A stretch of 64,000 nt of DNA from an uncultured Bacillota bacterium (GTDB lineage: Bacteria; Sysuimicrobiota; Sysuimicrobiia; Sysuimicrobiales; Segetimicrobiaceae). The stretch is from positions 64,001 through 128,000 of the forward strand of contig CAWDRG010000010.1 of NCBI GenBank assembly GCA_963804645.1, written 5' to 3'. Positions 21,114-30,824 of this stretch are shown here, piece by piece (positions within the stretch are counted from its first letter, which is position 1; each line of letters starts with the position of its first letter). Under the pieces are notes generated by a model, which was not told the origin of the DNA, made no database searches, and saw nothing but the letters and a program-made list of their open reading frames with translations. The position numbers were made by a program, and so were the translations under genes.

Positions 21114-22658
21114 ATGTGGGTTCGGGTCGCGGCCACCGTGGGTATCCTGGCCGTCGCGGTCGCAGTCGGGATTCACCCCGCGTTTCCGGCGCCATCCAGC
21201 ACCGCGCTCACCTACGCCCTGATCTCCACCGGGACGAGCAAGATTCCGGCCTTCACGACCACCGGAGAAGACGTGCAGGTCATGACGCAGCTGTACGACG
21301 CGCTGCTGCAGGTGGACCCGAAGACGCTCAAGGTCGGCCCGGACTTGGCCACCGGGTACACGGTCAGCCGCGACGGCCTCACGTGGACCTTCACGCTCCG
21401 CAAGGGCGTCAAGTGGCAGCGCGGTTTCGGCGACTTCACCTGCGCCGACGTACAGTTCACCTGGGCGCTCCACAAGAATCCGGACACGCATTCGTTCTGG
21501 CGGACGGAGGCCGAGACCGCGGACAGCGTGAGCTGCCCGGACCCGTACACGGCCGTGCTGCACCTGCGCGCGCCGTTCCAGGGGTTCCTTTGGAACGTCG
21601 TCAACGTCCAGCCGTCAACCGGGTGGGTGCTGTCCAAGGCGGCGTGGGACAAGCTCGGCCGGGCGGGCTACGAGAAGACGCCCGTCGGCACCGGCCCGTT
21701 CGTGTACGACACGCTGCTGGCCGGCCAAAGCCAGACGCTGACCCGCAACCCGGACTACTGGGGCCAACGTCCGGGTGTGGACACGGTCACGTACGTCGTC
21801 GTGGCCGACAGCCAGACCGCGGCGCTCGCGGTCAAGAGCGGCGCCCTCGACATCGACGGCACCGTCGACCCCGTCACCGCGGCGTCGTACAGCCATGACC
21901 CCAGCGTCCGCCTCGTGATGAAGCCCTCGTTCTTCATCGATTACCTGGCGGTCAACACGTCGCTCAAGCCGTTTGACAACGTGGACGTGCGCCAGGCGAT
22001 GCGGGACGCGATCGACTACAAAGGGCTCGTGTCGTCGGTCTTCCAGAACTTCGCGGTCCCGGGCTACGCCGGACTGCTGCTGCCCGGGATGGTCGGCTAC
22101 GACCCGTCGATCAGCCCGCAGAACGTGTACGCACCTGACAAGGCAAGAGCGCTGCTGCGGGAATCCGCCGTGCCGCTCCCGATTCGCGGATTCTTCACCA
22201 CGTACAACGACACGAAGGACATCAACATGGCGCAGTTCATCGCCGCGAACTTTGCCGCGGTGGGGATCGACCTCCAGGCGCGGCCGCTCGAGCGGGGCAC
22301 GCTGGTACAGGAGCGCGTCCAAGCCACGACCCCGGCCTCGGTGATCGGGACGATCTACACGACCGACCCGGACTTCGCGTTCGCCACCTTCACCAGCGCG
22401 AATCTGCCTCCGGCAGGGCTGAACATTCCGCGCTACACGCGGATCGATGCGCTGTACACACAGCAGCACACTGCGGTGACCGCCGCGGACCGCCTCCGCG
22501 CGGTCAAGCAGGCGTCTCAGCGGCTCGCCATGGACGTGCCGATCATCGAGCTGATTCAGCAGCAGGATCTCTGGCTCGCCAACCCGCGCGTGCAGAACTT
22601 CGAGCCCACGATTCTGTTTAGCGGCGACCCGCTCTGGCCGGTGACGCTGAGACCGTAG
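21114..22658 (+). CDS. ABC family-5 substrate-binding protein with no adjacent permease
   Basis: Signal peptide, DGLTWTFTLRKGVKW, PVGTGPF and PFDNVDVRQAM. Confidence 0.88.
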   Translation: MWVRVAATVGILAVAVAVGIHPAFPAPSSTALTYALISTGTSKIPAFTTTGEDVQVMTQLYDALLQVDPKTLKVGPDLATGYTVSRDGLTWTFTLRKGVKWQRGFGDFTCADVQFTWALHKNPDTHSFWRTEAETADSVSCPDPYTAVLHLRAPFQGFLWNVVNVQPSTGWVLSKAAWDKLGRAGYEKTPVGTGPFVYDTLLAGQSQTLTRNPDYWGQRPGVDTVTYVVVADSQTAALAVKSGALDIDGTVDPVTAASYSHDPSVRLVMKPSFFIDYLAVNTSLKPFDNVDVRQAMRDAIDYKGLVSSVFQNFAVPGYAGLLLPGMVGYDPSISPQNVYAPDKARALLRESAVPLPIRGFFTTYNDTKDINMAQFIAANFAAVGIDLQARPLERGTLVQERVQATTPASVIGTIYTTDPDFAFATFTSANLPPAGLNIPRYTRIDALYTQQHTAVTAADRLRAVKQASQRLAMDVPIIELIQQQDLWLANPRVQNFEPTILFSGDPLWPVTLRP

Positions 22659-22689
22659 CCCGGTCGAGCCGTACGAGCGCCGTCTGGGA

Positions 22690-23922
22690 CTACTCCGGGC
22701 CGAGACGCGCCCGCAGCAGCGCCTGCTCCGCGGGATTCGCCGTCAGCGCGATCGCGCGGAGGTCGGCCGCCCTCGCCTCTTCGGCGCGGCCGAGCGCGCG
22801 CAGCAGCTCGGCGCGGGTCGCGTGGAACAGATGGTACCGGTCGAGCGCCGGCGCGAGCGCGTCGGTCTCCGCGAGCGCCGCGGCGGGGTCCGCCGCGTAG
22901 CGGAGCGCGATCGCGCGGTTGAGGGCGACGATCGGCGACGGGTCGAACCGCGCGAGCACGTCGTACAGCGCCAGGATCTCCGCCCAGTCCGTCGTCTCCC
23001 AGGACGCCGCCTCTGCGTGGCACGCCACGATCGCCGCCTGCAGCTGGTACGGCCCCGGGTGCCGCAGCCGCGCCGCCTGCTCGAGGAGCGCGACGGCGCC
23101 CGAGATCGCCGCGCGGTCCCACCGGCGCCGGTCCTGGTGCTGAAGCAGCACGAGGCGCCCCTCGGGGCCGAGCCGCGCCCGGTCGCGCGCCCGGTGCAGA
23201 CGGATCAGCGCGAGCAGGCCCATGACCTCAGGCTGATCGGGAAGCAGACGTGCGAGCAGCGCCGTCAGCCACTCCGCGTCCTCCGCGAGGTCTCGCCGTG
23301 CCGCCGCGGGCCCGCCGGTCGACAGATAGCCTTCATTGAAGAGCAGATACAGGACGCGCAGCACGCCGGTGAGGCGCGCGGTGAGATCTCCGGGGCCCGG
23401 CACGCGATACGGAATCCGCGCCTCCACGATCTTCCGCTTGGCGCGCACGATCCGCTGCGCGATCGCCGGCTCGTTCGAGAGGAACGCCCGCGCGATCTCC
23501 GCGGTCGTCAGCCCGAGGACGGCGCGCAGCGTCAGCGCGAGCTGCCCCTCCGGAGCGAGGGCCGGATGGCAGCACGTGAAGATCAGCCGGAGGCGGTCGT
23601 CGGGCTCACCCGGAGGACCGTCGGGCTCCACGAAGGCGCGCGCCAGCAGCTCCTGATAGCGGCTCTCGCGCCGCCAGCGGTCGATCGCCTTGCGGCGGGC
23701 GGCCGTGAGCAACCACGCGCCGGGGCGATCCGGGATCCCCTCGGTCGGCCAGTGCTGGAGCGCGGCCAGCAGCGCGTCCTGGACGAGGTCCTCCGCGTCG
23801 TTGAAGTTGCCCAGCGCGCGCACGAGCGCGCCGGTCAGCCGCCCCGTCTCCTCCCGAACGACGCGGACGATCGCGGCGTGCGTCGCCGCGACCGCCCCGC
23901 GCCCAGGGCCCTGGCTATCCAC
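22690..23922 (-). CDS. ECF42-type sigma factor with DUF6596/TPR C-terminal extension
   Basis: AEDLVQDA, RLIFTCCHPAL, EIARAFL...QRIVRAK, FNEGY, PYQLQAAI and ALNRAIA. Confidence 0.88.
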   Translation of the reverse strand: MDSQGPGRGAVAATHAAIVRVVREETGRLTGALVRALGNFNDAEDLVQDALLAALQHWPTEGIPDRPGAWLLTAARRKAIDRWRRESRYQELLARAFVEPDGPPGEPDDRLRLIFTCCHPALAPEGQLALTLRAVLGLTTAEIARAFLSNEPAIAQRIVRAKRKIVEARIPYRVPGPGDLTARLTGVLRVLYLLFNEGYLSTGGPAAARRDLAEDAEWLTALLARLLPDQPEVMGLLALIRLHRARDRARLGPEGRLVLLQHQDRRRWDRAAISGAVALLEQAARLRHPGPYQLQAAIVACHAEAASWETTDWAEILALYDVLARFDPSPIVALNRAIALRYAADPAAALAETDALAPALDRYHLFHATRAELLRALGRAEEARAADLRAIALTANPAEQALLRARLGPE

Positions 23923-24250
23923 GCTCCACGATCGGCCTGATCTCCACCAGATGGTTCTGGGGGGCCGGCCACGACTTGGCGATCGCGATCGCGGCGTCGA
24001 GATCCGGGACGTCGAGAATGCCGTACCCGCCGATCGTTTCCTTGGCCTCGACGAACGGTCCGTCGGTGACGACCGGCTGGCCGCCCTTCCACCGCACCGT
24101 CGTGGCGGTGCTGGCGGATCGCAGCTGATGGCCGCCGATGATGCGCCCCGCGCGCGCATGCTCGCCCCACCACCGCATGACCGACTCGCTCGGACCCTCC
24201 TTCTCCATCGCTTCCCCGTCCGTCTGCACCAGCAGCATCATGTACTTCAT
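23915..24250 (-). CDS. YciI/DGPF family protein
   Basis: VVTDGPFVEAKETIGGY and VEIRP. This is the usual ECF42 partner. Confidence 0.9.
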   Translation of the reverse strand: MKYMMLLVQTDGEAMEKEGPSESVMRWWGEHARAGRIIGGHQLRSASTATTVRWKGGQPVVTDGPFVEAKETIGGYGILDVPDLDAAIAIAKSWPAPQNHLVEIRPIVERG

Positions 24251-24361
24251 GGCCGCGCTCCTCCCCAACCCGATGTGCGGTTCGCCTTCACCCTTCTCGA
24301 CGAACGGAAGGGGCTGAATTCGACAGCCCCCGGACGCCGCCCGACGTCCTGGCGCGCGCGG

Positions 24362-25234
24362 CTAGGCGCGTTGCCGCGGGTCCAGCGCGTCGCGCAGGCC
24401 GTCGCCGACCATGTTGAACGCGAGCGTGACGACCAGAATCACGAGGCCTGGGACCACGACGAGCTGCGGGCTGCTCGTAATGTAGTCGCGGCCGATGCTC
24501 ATCATCGCCCCCCACTCGGGCGTCGGCGGCTGGACGCCCAGCCCGAGAAAGCTCAGCCCGGACACGGTGAGGATCGCCGTGGCCAGGCGCAGCGTCGCCT
24601 CGACCACCAGCGGCGACAGAATGTTCGGAAACACGTGCCGCGCCATGATCAACCGCTCGCTCGCCCCGAGGGTCCGCGCCGCCTGCACGTAGACCTCTTC
24701 CCGTACCAAGAGCGTCGACCCGCGGGCGATGCGCGCGAACGGCGGGATCGAGTTGACGCCGATCGCGATGATGACGTTGCCCATGCTGGGGCCGAGCGCG
24801 GCGATGATCGCGACCGCGAGCAGAAACCCCGGCAGCGCGAGCAGGACGTCCATGATCCGCATGATCGCGGTGTCCGCGGCGCCGCCGCGGTACCCGGCCA
24901 CCACCCCGAGCGCCGAGCCGCTCACGAACGCGATCGCCACGGCCGCGCCCGTGACGAGCAGCGTGTTGCGCCCGCCCCAGATGAGCCGGCTCAGCACGTC
25001 GCGGCCGAGCTCGTCGGTCCCGAGCGGGTGGGCGCGCGACGGGGCCGCCGTGGTATGGCTCATGTCGAACGCGTTCGGACTGTAGGGGGCGAGCAGCGGC
25101 GCCGCCGCGCTCACCGCGACGGCGAGTACCAGGACCGCGAGCCCCGCGACCGCGGCGCGGTGGCGCCCAAACTGCCGGACCGCCCGGGCCGCCGGAGTCT
25201 GCCCCGCCGGCAGCGCCGGCACCGCCACCGCCAT
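24362..25234 (-). CDS. ABC permease, DppC/OppC-like
   Basis: HPLGTDELGRD, EAA-like loop YVQAARTLGA, and PPTPEWG. Confidence 0.92.
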   Translation of the reverse strand: MAVAVPALPAGQTPAARAVRQFGRHRAAVAGLAVLVLAVAVSAAAPLLAPYSPNAFDMSHTTAAPSRAHPLGTDELGRDVLSRLIWGGRNTLLVTGAAVAIAFVSGSALGVVAGYRGGAADTAIMRIMDVLLALPGFLLAVAIIAALGPSMGNVIIAIGVNSIPPFARIARGSTLLVREEVYVQAARTLGASERLIMARHVFPNILSPLVVEATLRLATAILTVSGLSFLGLGVQPPTPEWGAMMSIGRDYITSSPQLVVVPGLVILVVTLAFNMVGDGLRDALDPRQRA

Positions 25235-26154
25235 CAGTCGAACCGGATCCGGGGATCGAGGTAGGCGTAGAGCACGTCGACCGCGAGGTTGACGACGATG
25301 AACGTGATCGACAGCACCATCACGGCCGACTGCACGACCACGACGTCGCGCGAGCGGATCGAGTCGACGATCAGCCGGCCGAGCCCCGGCCGGGCGAACA
25401 CGGTCTCCGTCAACACGGTCCCGCTCAGGAGATACCCGAGCTGGAGCCCCACCACCGTGACGATCGGGATGACCGCGTTCCGAAACGCGTGGCGCATCAC
25501 CACCGCCCAGCGCGTCGCCCCTTTGGCTTCGGCCGTGCGCAGATAGTCCTGCTGGAGGACCTCCAGCATGGCCGACCGGACCTGCCGGGCGATGATCGCC
25601 GTCGACGCCGCGCCGAGCGTCAGCGCCGGGAGAATGAGCTGGGCGGTCGTTCCGGCGCCGGTGCTCGGCAGCCAGCGCAGGTCGACCGAGAACGTCATCA
25701 TCAGCATCAGCCCGAGCCAGAAGATCGGCATCGACACCCCGAGCGCGGCGCCGACCGACGCGATCGCGTCCCAGGCCGAGCGCTGGTGCGTGGCCGCGGT
25801 CACGCCCATCACGACGCCCGCCGCCACGGCCAGCCCCAGCGCGGAGCCCGCGAGCTCCGCGGTCGGCCGCACGCGGGTGGCGATCTCGTACGAGACCGGC
25901 CGGCGCGTGACCGCCGACCGGCCGAGGTCGAACCGGGCCAGGCGGCCCAGCCACAACGCGTACTGCACGTACACGGGGCGGTCGAGACCCAGCTCGTGGC
26001 GGATCGCCTGGACGTCGGCGGCCGTCGCGTCCGTGCCGGCCACGACCACGGCCGCGTCGCCCGGGATCATCTTCAAGATCCCGAACACGATCAGGGAGAC
26101 GCCGAGCACCACCGGGAGGGCCCAGAGGACGCGCCCGGCGATGTGGCGCAGCAT
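25234..26154 (-). CDS. ABC permease, DppB/OppB-like
   Basis: PGDAA, LGLDRP, SMPIFWLG, RHAFRNA and TETVFARPGLG. Confidence 0.92.
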   Translation of the reverse strand: MLRHIAGRVLWALPVVLGVSLIVFGILKMIPGDAAVVVAGTDATAADVQAIRHELGLDRPVYVQYALWLGRLARFDLGRSAVTRRPVSYEIATRVRPTAELAGSALGLAVAAGVVMGVTAATHQRSAWDAIASVGAALGVSMPIFWLGLMLMMTFSVDLRWLPSTGAGTTAQLILPALTLGAASTAIIARQVRSAMLEVLQQDYLRTAEAKGATRWAVVMRHAFRNAVIPIVTVVGLQLGYLLSGTVLTETVFARPGLGRLIVDSIRSRDVVVVQSAVMVLSITFIVVNLAVDVLYAYLDPRIRFD

Positions 26155-26172
26155 CAGGCTAGGGGCGCGGGC

Positions 26173-27768
26173 TCAGGAGCGGCGCGCGAGCTGACCGGGC
26201 ACGAAGTCTCCGGTGGGCAGGACGATATAGCCCGAGGTGCCGTTGCGCGAGCCCCAGAGATTCACCATCTGGAACAGGTAGATCAGGGGCTGGTCCTGCC
26301 AGATCAGCGCCTGCGCCTGCCTGAGGATCGGCAGCCGCTTCGCCGGGTCGAACGTGCTGCGCTCCTGGTCGAGCAGCTTGTCGACCTGCGGGTTCGAGTA
26401 GCCGGTGCGCTGCTGCGTCCCCGGCACGTTCGTCGCCGCGGAGTCGTACATGCGGTAGAGGTGATAGTCGATGTACGGGCTGGCCTTGAGGAGCGACGTC
26501 ATCGCCCCCGGGCGGGAGTCCGGATCCGACGAACTGCCGACCAGCAGCGTCGCGAAGTCCATCGAGTGGACGACCACCCGCAGGCCGATGAGCGTCCAGT
26601 ACCCCTGGACGGCCTCGACGACCTGGGTGTCGCCGGCCCACCGGCCGTCGGTGATGTTGATCGTCAGGTCCATGCCGTTCGGGTAGCCCGCCTCGGCCAG
26701 CAGGTTCTTCGCCGCGACCGGGTCGTACTTCACCGGCGCAAAATTATAGCTGCCCCAGATCCCCGGGATCCCCGGGCTGTTCAGCGGGATCGCGTACCCC
26801 TTCATGATCCCGCGGATGATCGCGTCCTTGTCGATCGCCATGTTGAGCGCGCGGCGGACCCGGACGTCGTGGAGCGGCGCCTTCGTCTGCGCCGGCTCGA
26901 GCTCCGCGATCTCCGCGGCCGGCGTCGCACGGGCGGTCAGGCCGGTCTCCTGCTTGAGGGCGTCGATGTCCGCGGGCGGCAGATCCAGCACGACGTCCGC
27001 CTCGCCGGTCTTGAGCACGACCACGCGCGCGGCCGCTTCCGGAATCGGCCGGTACACGAACCGCCGCACCCGCGGCTTGGGCCCCCAGTAGTCGGGGTTC
27101 GCCGTGGCCGAGGCGTGATCGTTCGGCACCCACTCCTCGAACGCGAACGCGCCGGTGCCGACGGGGTGCCGCCCGAAATCCTGTCCGTAGGTCCGCAGCG
27201 CCGTGGGGCTCACGATCTTGGCGGACCCGTCGGCCATGAGCAGCGCAAAGTCGGGGTTCGGCGGGTCGGTGGTGAAGCGCACCGTGTGGTCGTCGGGCGT
27301 GGCGACGTCCTTGATGAGCTGGTAGTTGCCGCGCCGCGTCGCGGGCACGCTCTTGTCGTTGATGTGGTCGATCGTCGCCTTGACCGCGGCGGACGTGAAC
27401 GGCGTCCCGTCGTGGAACTTGACCCCGGACCGCAGCACGAACGTCCAGGTCCGGCCGTCCGGGGCAACGCTCCACGAGGTCGCGAGCGCGGGCACGATCT
27501 CTCCCTTTTCGTTCCACTGGACGAGCCCGTCGAAGATCGCGTTGATGATCCCCTGGAACGGACCCGTGCCGACCGCGGGGTCAAGACTGTTCGGCTCGGT
27601 GCCCTGCGACACCACGAAGGTGTCGTTCCGCGCCACCGGACTCGACGCCGCGCGGACGATCACCGCGGGAACCCCCCGCGACGCGGCCCCCGCGCCGAGC
27701 GCGAGCGCCACCGCGCCCGACCGCACCGCCGCCTGCTTCAGCAACTCACGACGCCGAATCCGCTTCAT
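26173..27768 (-). CDS. ABC family-5 substrate-binding protein with a Tat-like signal
   Basis: IRRRELLK leader, SLDP, VKFHDGTPF and PVGTGAF. Confidence 0.9.
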   Translation of the reverse strand: MKRIRRRELLKQAAVRSGAVALALGAGAASRGVPAVIVRAASSPVARNDTFVVSQGTEPNSLDPAVGTGPFQGIINAIFDGLVQWNEKGEIVPALATSWSVAPDGRTWTFVLRSGVKFHDGTPFTSAAVKATIDHINDKSVPATRRGNYQLIKDVATPDDHTVRFTTDPPNPDFALLMADGSAKIVSPTALRTYGQDFGRHPVGTGAFAFEEWVPNDHASATANPDYWGPKPRVRRFVYRPIPEAAARVVVLKTGEADVVLDLPPADIDALKQETGLTARATPAAEIAELEPAQTKAPLHDVRVRRALNMAIDKDAIIRGIMKGYAIPLNSPGIPGIWGSYNFAPVKYDPVAAKNLLAEAGYPNGMDLTINITDGRWAGDTQVVEAVQGYWTLIGLRVVVHSMDFATLLVGSSSDPDSRPGAMTSLLKASPYIDYHLYRMYDSAATNVPGTQQRTGYSNPQVDKLLDQERSTFDPAKRLPILRQAQALIWQDQPLIYLFQMVNLWGSRNGTSGYIVLPTGDFVPGQLARRS

Positions 27769-27828
27769 GCCATCACTCCCCTTGTCGTAGTCCGGTCCCC
27801 CGTGCCCGCCCCGCTCCGCCTCCCTACC

Positions 27829-28953
27829 CTACGGTGACGCCGCCGCCTCCGGTTCGCGCGCCGCGGCACCCCGGGGCTCGAAGCCGTACAGCTCCGCCGC
27901 GGTGTCGTAGAAGATCCGTCGCCCAAGGTCCTGGGGCAGCCGCGGGAACGCGTCGGCCGGCGAGTCGAAGTCCCAGTGCGGGTAGTCCGACGCAAACATC
28001 AGGGTCCGCTCCGCGCGGTTCCATTGAAAGACTTCCAGGAGGTGGGCGGGCTGCTCCGGCTCCTCGAGCGGCTGGGACGTAAACCGGACGTGCTCCCACA
28101 CGTACTCGCTCGGCGGCCGCGTAACCCAGGGGGTCTGATCGCGCAGACCCTTCCAGTCCGCATCCAGGCGCCACAGGAACGGTGCCAGCCACGCGTACCC
28201 GCCCTCGATGAACACCACGCGCAGCCGCGGGAACTTCTCGAAGACGCCCTCGAAGATCAGGCTGGTGAGGTGGGTCATGTACCCCTGCGGCCGGACCTGG
28301 CGGTTCTCCACGTAGTACGAGCCGTAGCCGGCGACCGACGGCTGGCCGTTGATCCCGGCGCCCTCGCTGCCGGTGTGCAGCGCGAACGGAAGTCCGAGCG
28401 CCTGGCACGCCTCGAAGATCGGGTGGTAGTAGCGGTTGCCGTACGGCAGCCGCGCCCCGTTCGCGACCAGCACCTCGACGATCGATGGGTGCGGGCCGGT
28501 GCGCTCGATCTCCCGCACCGCCTGGCCCACGTCCTGGGTGGCGATCAGCATCGCGCCCCGGAGCCGCGGCTCCCGCTCGAGCCAGTGCTCGATCAGGAAC
28601 TGATTGTACGCGCGCGCGAGCGCGGCGGCGTAGTCGGCGTCCGGAAGCGTCCCGAGCGGCCGCAGCTCCTGCCCGAGGAGAATCGCGTACGCCACGTGGT
28701 ACCGGTCCAGCAGCTGCTCGCGCAGCAGGTCGAGATCGGATCCCGCGTACCCGCCTCCGGCGGGCCACGCGTCGGCCCGGTAGCCGCGGTCGCCGCCGTT
28801 GAGGTAGCCGCCGCTCGGGAGGTTGACGCCCCACTGCTTGATGTCTTCCTGGTACACGCGCGGCAGGTAGGGCAGGATCTCCTTCATGCCGCGGTCGTGG
28901 AACCGGTTGTGGACGTCGCAGTCGATGATCGGAGCGGTCGGCGTCGCCGCCAT
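27829..28953 (-). CDS. Amidohydrolase_2-fold protein, candidate amidohydrolase-related dinuclear oxygenase
   Basis: IIDCDVH (D-x-H), ALHTG, GVFEKFPRLRVVFIEGG, SQPLEEP and FASDYPHWDFD. Lies directly downstream of a Rieske ferredoxin. Confidence 0.85.
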   Translation of the reverse strand: MAATPTAPIIDCDVHNRFHDRGMKEILPYLPRVYQEDIKQWGVNLPSGGYLNGGDRGYRADAWPAGGGYAGSDLDLLREQLLDRYHVAYAILLGQELRPLGTLPDADYAAALARAYNQFLIEHWLEREPRLRGAMLIATQDVGQAVREIERTGPHPSIVEVLVANGARLPYGNRYYHPIFEACQALGLPFALHTGSEGAGINGQPSVAGYGSYYVENRQVRPQGYMTHLTSLIFEGVFEKFPRLRVVFIEGGYAWLAPFLWRLDADWKGLRDQTPWVTRPPSEYVWEHVRFTSQPLEEPEQPAHLLEVFQWNRAERTLMFASDYPHWDFDSPADAFPRLPQDLGRRIFYDTAAELYGFEPRGAAAREPEAAASP

Positions 28954-28990
28954 CGCGCGTGCCTCCTCGCGGCCGGGCCTGTCCCGCCGG

Positions 28991-29395
28991 TCAGGCGTGC
29001 AGGATCACCAGCTCGCCCTCGGTCGTCACCGAGAACGTCTCCAAGACGACGTCCTCGACGACGGGCCGTTCGATCGTCACGTCGTACGTCTTCACCCGCA
29101 TCCGGTGCGGGTTGAAGTACGTGCGCCCCGTCGCGATCTCGAACTCCCATCCGTGCCAGGGGCACTGGATGATCTCGTCATCCCGCGCGTACACCCGCTC
29201 GTACGGCCGCCCGGGAAGCGTCGTGCCCTTAATCCGACCGAGGCAGAGGGGCGCCCCCTGGTGCGGGCACCGGTTCCGAAGGGCAAAGAACCGGCCGCGG
29301 ATATTGAACACCCCGATCGACCGGCCGTCGACGGTCACGATTGTCCGGCTGCCGGGAGGCAGCTCCGTCACCTTCCCTACCACGCACCGTGACAT
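28991..29395 (-). CDS. Rieske [2Fe-2S] ferredoxin
   Basis: NRCPHQGAPL and QCPWHGWEF motifs. Confidence 0.9.
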   Translation of the reverse strand: MSRCVVGKVTELPPGSRTIVTVDGRSIGVFNIRGRFFALRNRCPHQGAPLCLGRIKGTTLPGRPYERVYARDDEIIQCPWHGWEFEIATGRTYFNPHRMRVKTYDVTIERPVVEDVVLETFSVTTEGELVILHA

Positions 29396-29568
29396 CGGCG
29401 GCGCACCCGCGCTCGGCGTGCCTCACCTTACGCGGCGGGGCGGGCCGAATCCTCCGCGTTCCCCGGGACGGCCCGCGCGCCGCGTGGGAGGCGGAGAGAT
29501 GCGCGGCGAACTTCCCGTCCGAGAGCCGGCGCCTCCCGGGCGCCCCACGTCGAGTAGGAGCGATCCGC

Positions 29569-30708
29569 ATGGCGAACGACGCGTTCACGGAGCGGGGCCC
29601 GAACAACTCCCTGACGGACGTCGGCCGCATCCGCGTCGGCCACGTCACGCTGGTGTCCGGGGACGGTCCGCTCGTCCCGGGCCGCGGCCCCGTGCGCACC
29701 GGGGTCACGGCGATCATCCCCGACGACGACATCTACGAGCACAAGTGCGCCGCCGGCGTCCACGTCATCAACGGCTTCGGCAAGATGACCGGGATCTCGC
29801 AGGTCGAGGAGATGGGCCGCCTCGAGACCCCGATCGCCCTGACGAGCACGCTGTGCGTGTGGCACGCGGCGGACGGGATCGTCGACTATCTCCTGCGCCG
29901 GCACCCGGATCTGGGACGGATCGGACCCACCTGCAACCCGATCGTCGGCGAGTGCAGCGACGCCCGCCTCAACGACATGCGGGGGCGCCACGTGCGCGCG
30001 GAGCACGTGCTCGACGCGCTCGACCGCGCCACGCGCGCGCCGGTCGAGGAGGGCGCCGTCGGCGCCGGCACCGGCATGATCTGCTACGAGATGAAGGGCG
30101 GAATTGGCGCGTCGTCGCGCACCGGCCGCTCGAGCGTGCTCGACCGGGCCGTGACGGTCGGCGGCCTCGTGCTCGCCAACTTCGGGCGGCGCAGGTTTCT
30201 CCGGATCCACGGCTGCCCGGTGGGTACCCTCCTCGATGAGGCCGCGGCGCCGCGGGACGCCGCCGAGCCCGGTTCCGGCCGCGGCGGCTCGGTGATCGTG
30301 ATCCTCGCGACGGACGCGCCGCTGACGTCGCGGCAGCTCACCCGCGTGGCCCGCCGCGCCGCGGCCGGGCTGGCGCGCACCGGATCGGTGTACCACAATC
30401 ACAGTGGAGATTACGTCCTGGCCTTCAGCACCGCGCGGGCGTACCCGCCCTTCCTCGGGGACGAGGACGAGCTGATCAACCCGTTCTTCGAGGCGGCGGC
30501 CGACGTAACCGAAGAGGCGGTGATCCGCGCGCTGCTGTGCGCCCGTCCGATGACCGGACGGGACGGCTATCGCGTCGAGGCCCTCGGCGCGGCGCGGCTC
30601 CGCGACATCTGGGATCGCTGGCGTCGCCGCCCGGACGCGGCACCCGGATCCGCGACCACGGCCGCGCTCGATCTCGAGGGGCTGGTGGGGCCGCGCGTGC
30701 TCGACTGA
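29569..30708 (+). CDS. Peptidase S58/P1 DmpA-like aminopeptidase
   Basis: GPNNSLTDV, NGFGK, VGECSD, GAGTGM...KGGIG, Gly-Ser autocleavage site GGSVIVILATDAPL, and SGD. Confidence 0.88.
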   Translation: MANDAFTERGPNNSLTDVGRIRVGHVTLVSGDGPLVPGRGPVRTGVTAIIPDDDIYEHKCAAGVHVINGFGKMTGISQVEEMGRLETPIALTSTLCVWHAADGIVDYLLRRHPDLGRIGPTCNPIVGECSDARLNDMRGRHVRAEHVLDALDRATRAPVEEGAVGAGTGMICYEMKGGIGASSRTGRSSVLDRAVTVGGLVLANFGRRRFLRIHGCPVGTLLDEAAAPRDAAEPGSGRGGSVIVILATDAPLTSRQLTRVARRAAAGLARTGSVYHNHSGDYVLAFSTARAYPPFLGDEDELINPFFEAAADVTEEAVIRALLCARPMTGRDGYRVEALGAARLRDIWDRWRRRPDAAPGSATTAALDLEGLVGPRVLD

Positions 30709-30824
30709 GCCGGCCGTGGTAGGTGCGGCCCGACCGGACACCGGCCGAGCGGACCCGGCAGCCGGGAGGGAGTGTGCGGTTCCAGAGACAAGTCTTCACC
30801 CAACACGGTTGCGGAGGGACGCAC

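Noticed and set aside
7734..27837. Very long alternative ORFs (for example 7734..11276, the 5' part of 15088..19140, and 25489..27837)
   Set aside because: These are Arg/Pro/Gly-rich antisense shadows of recognisable genes, as expected in high-GC DNA.
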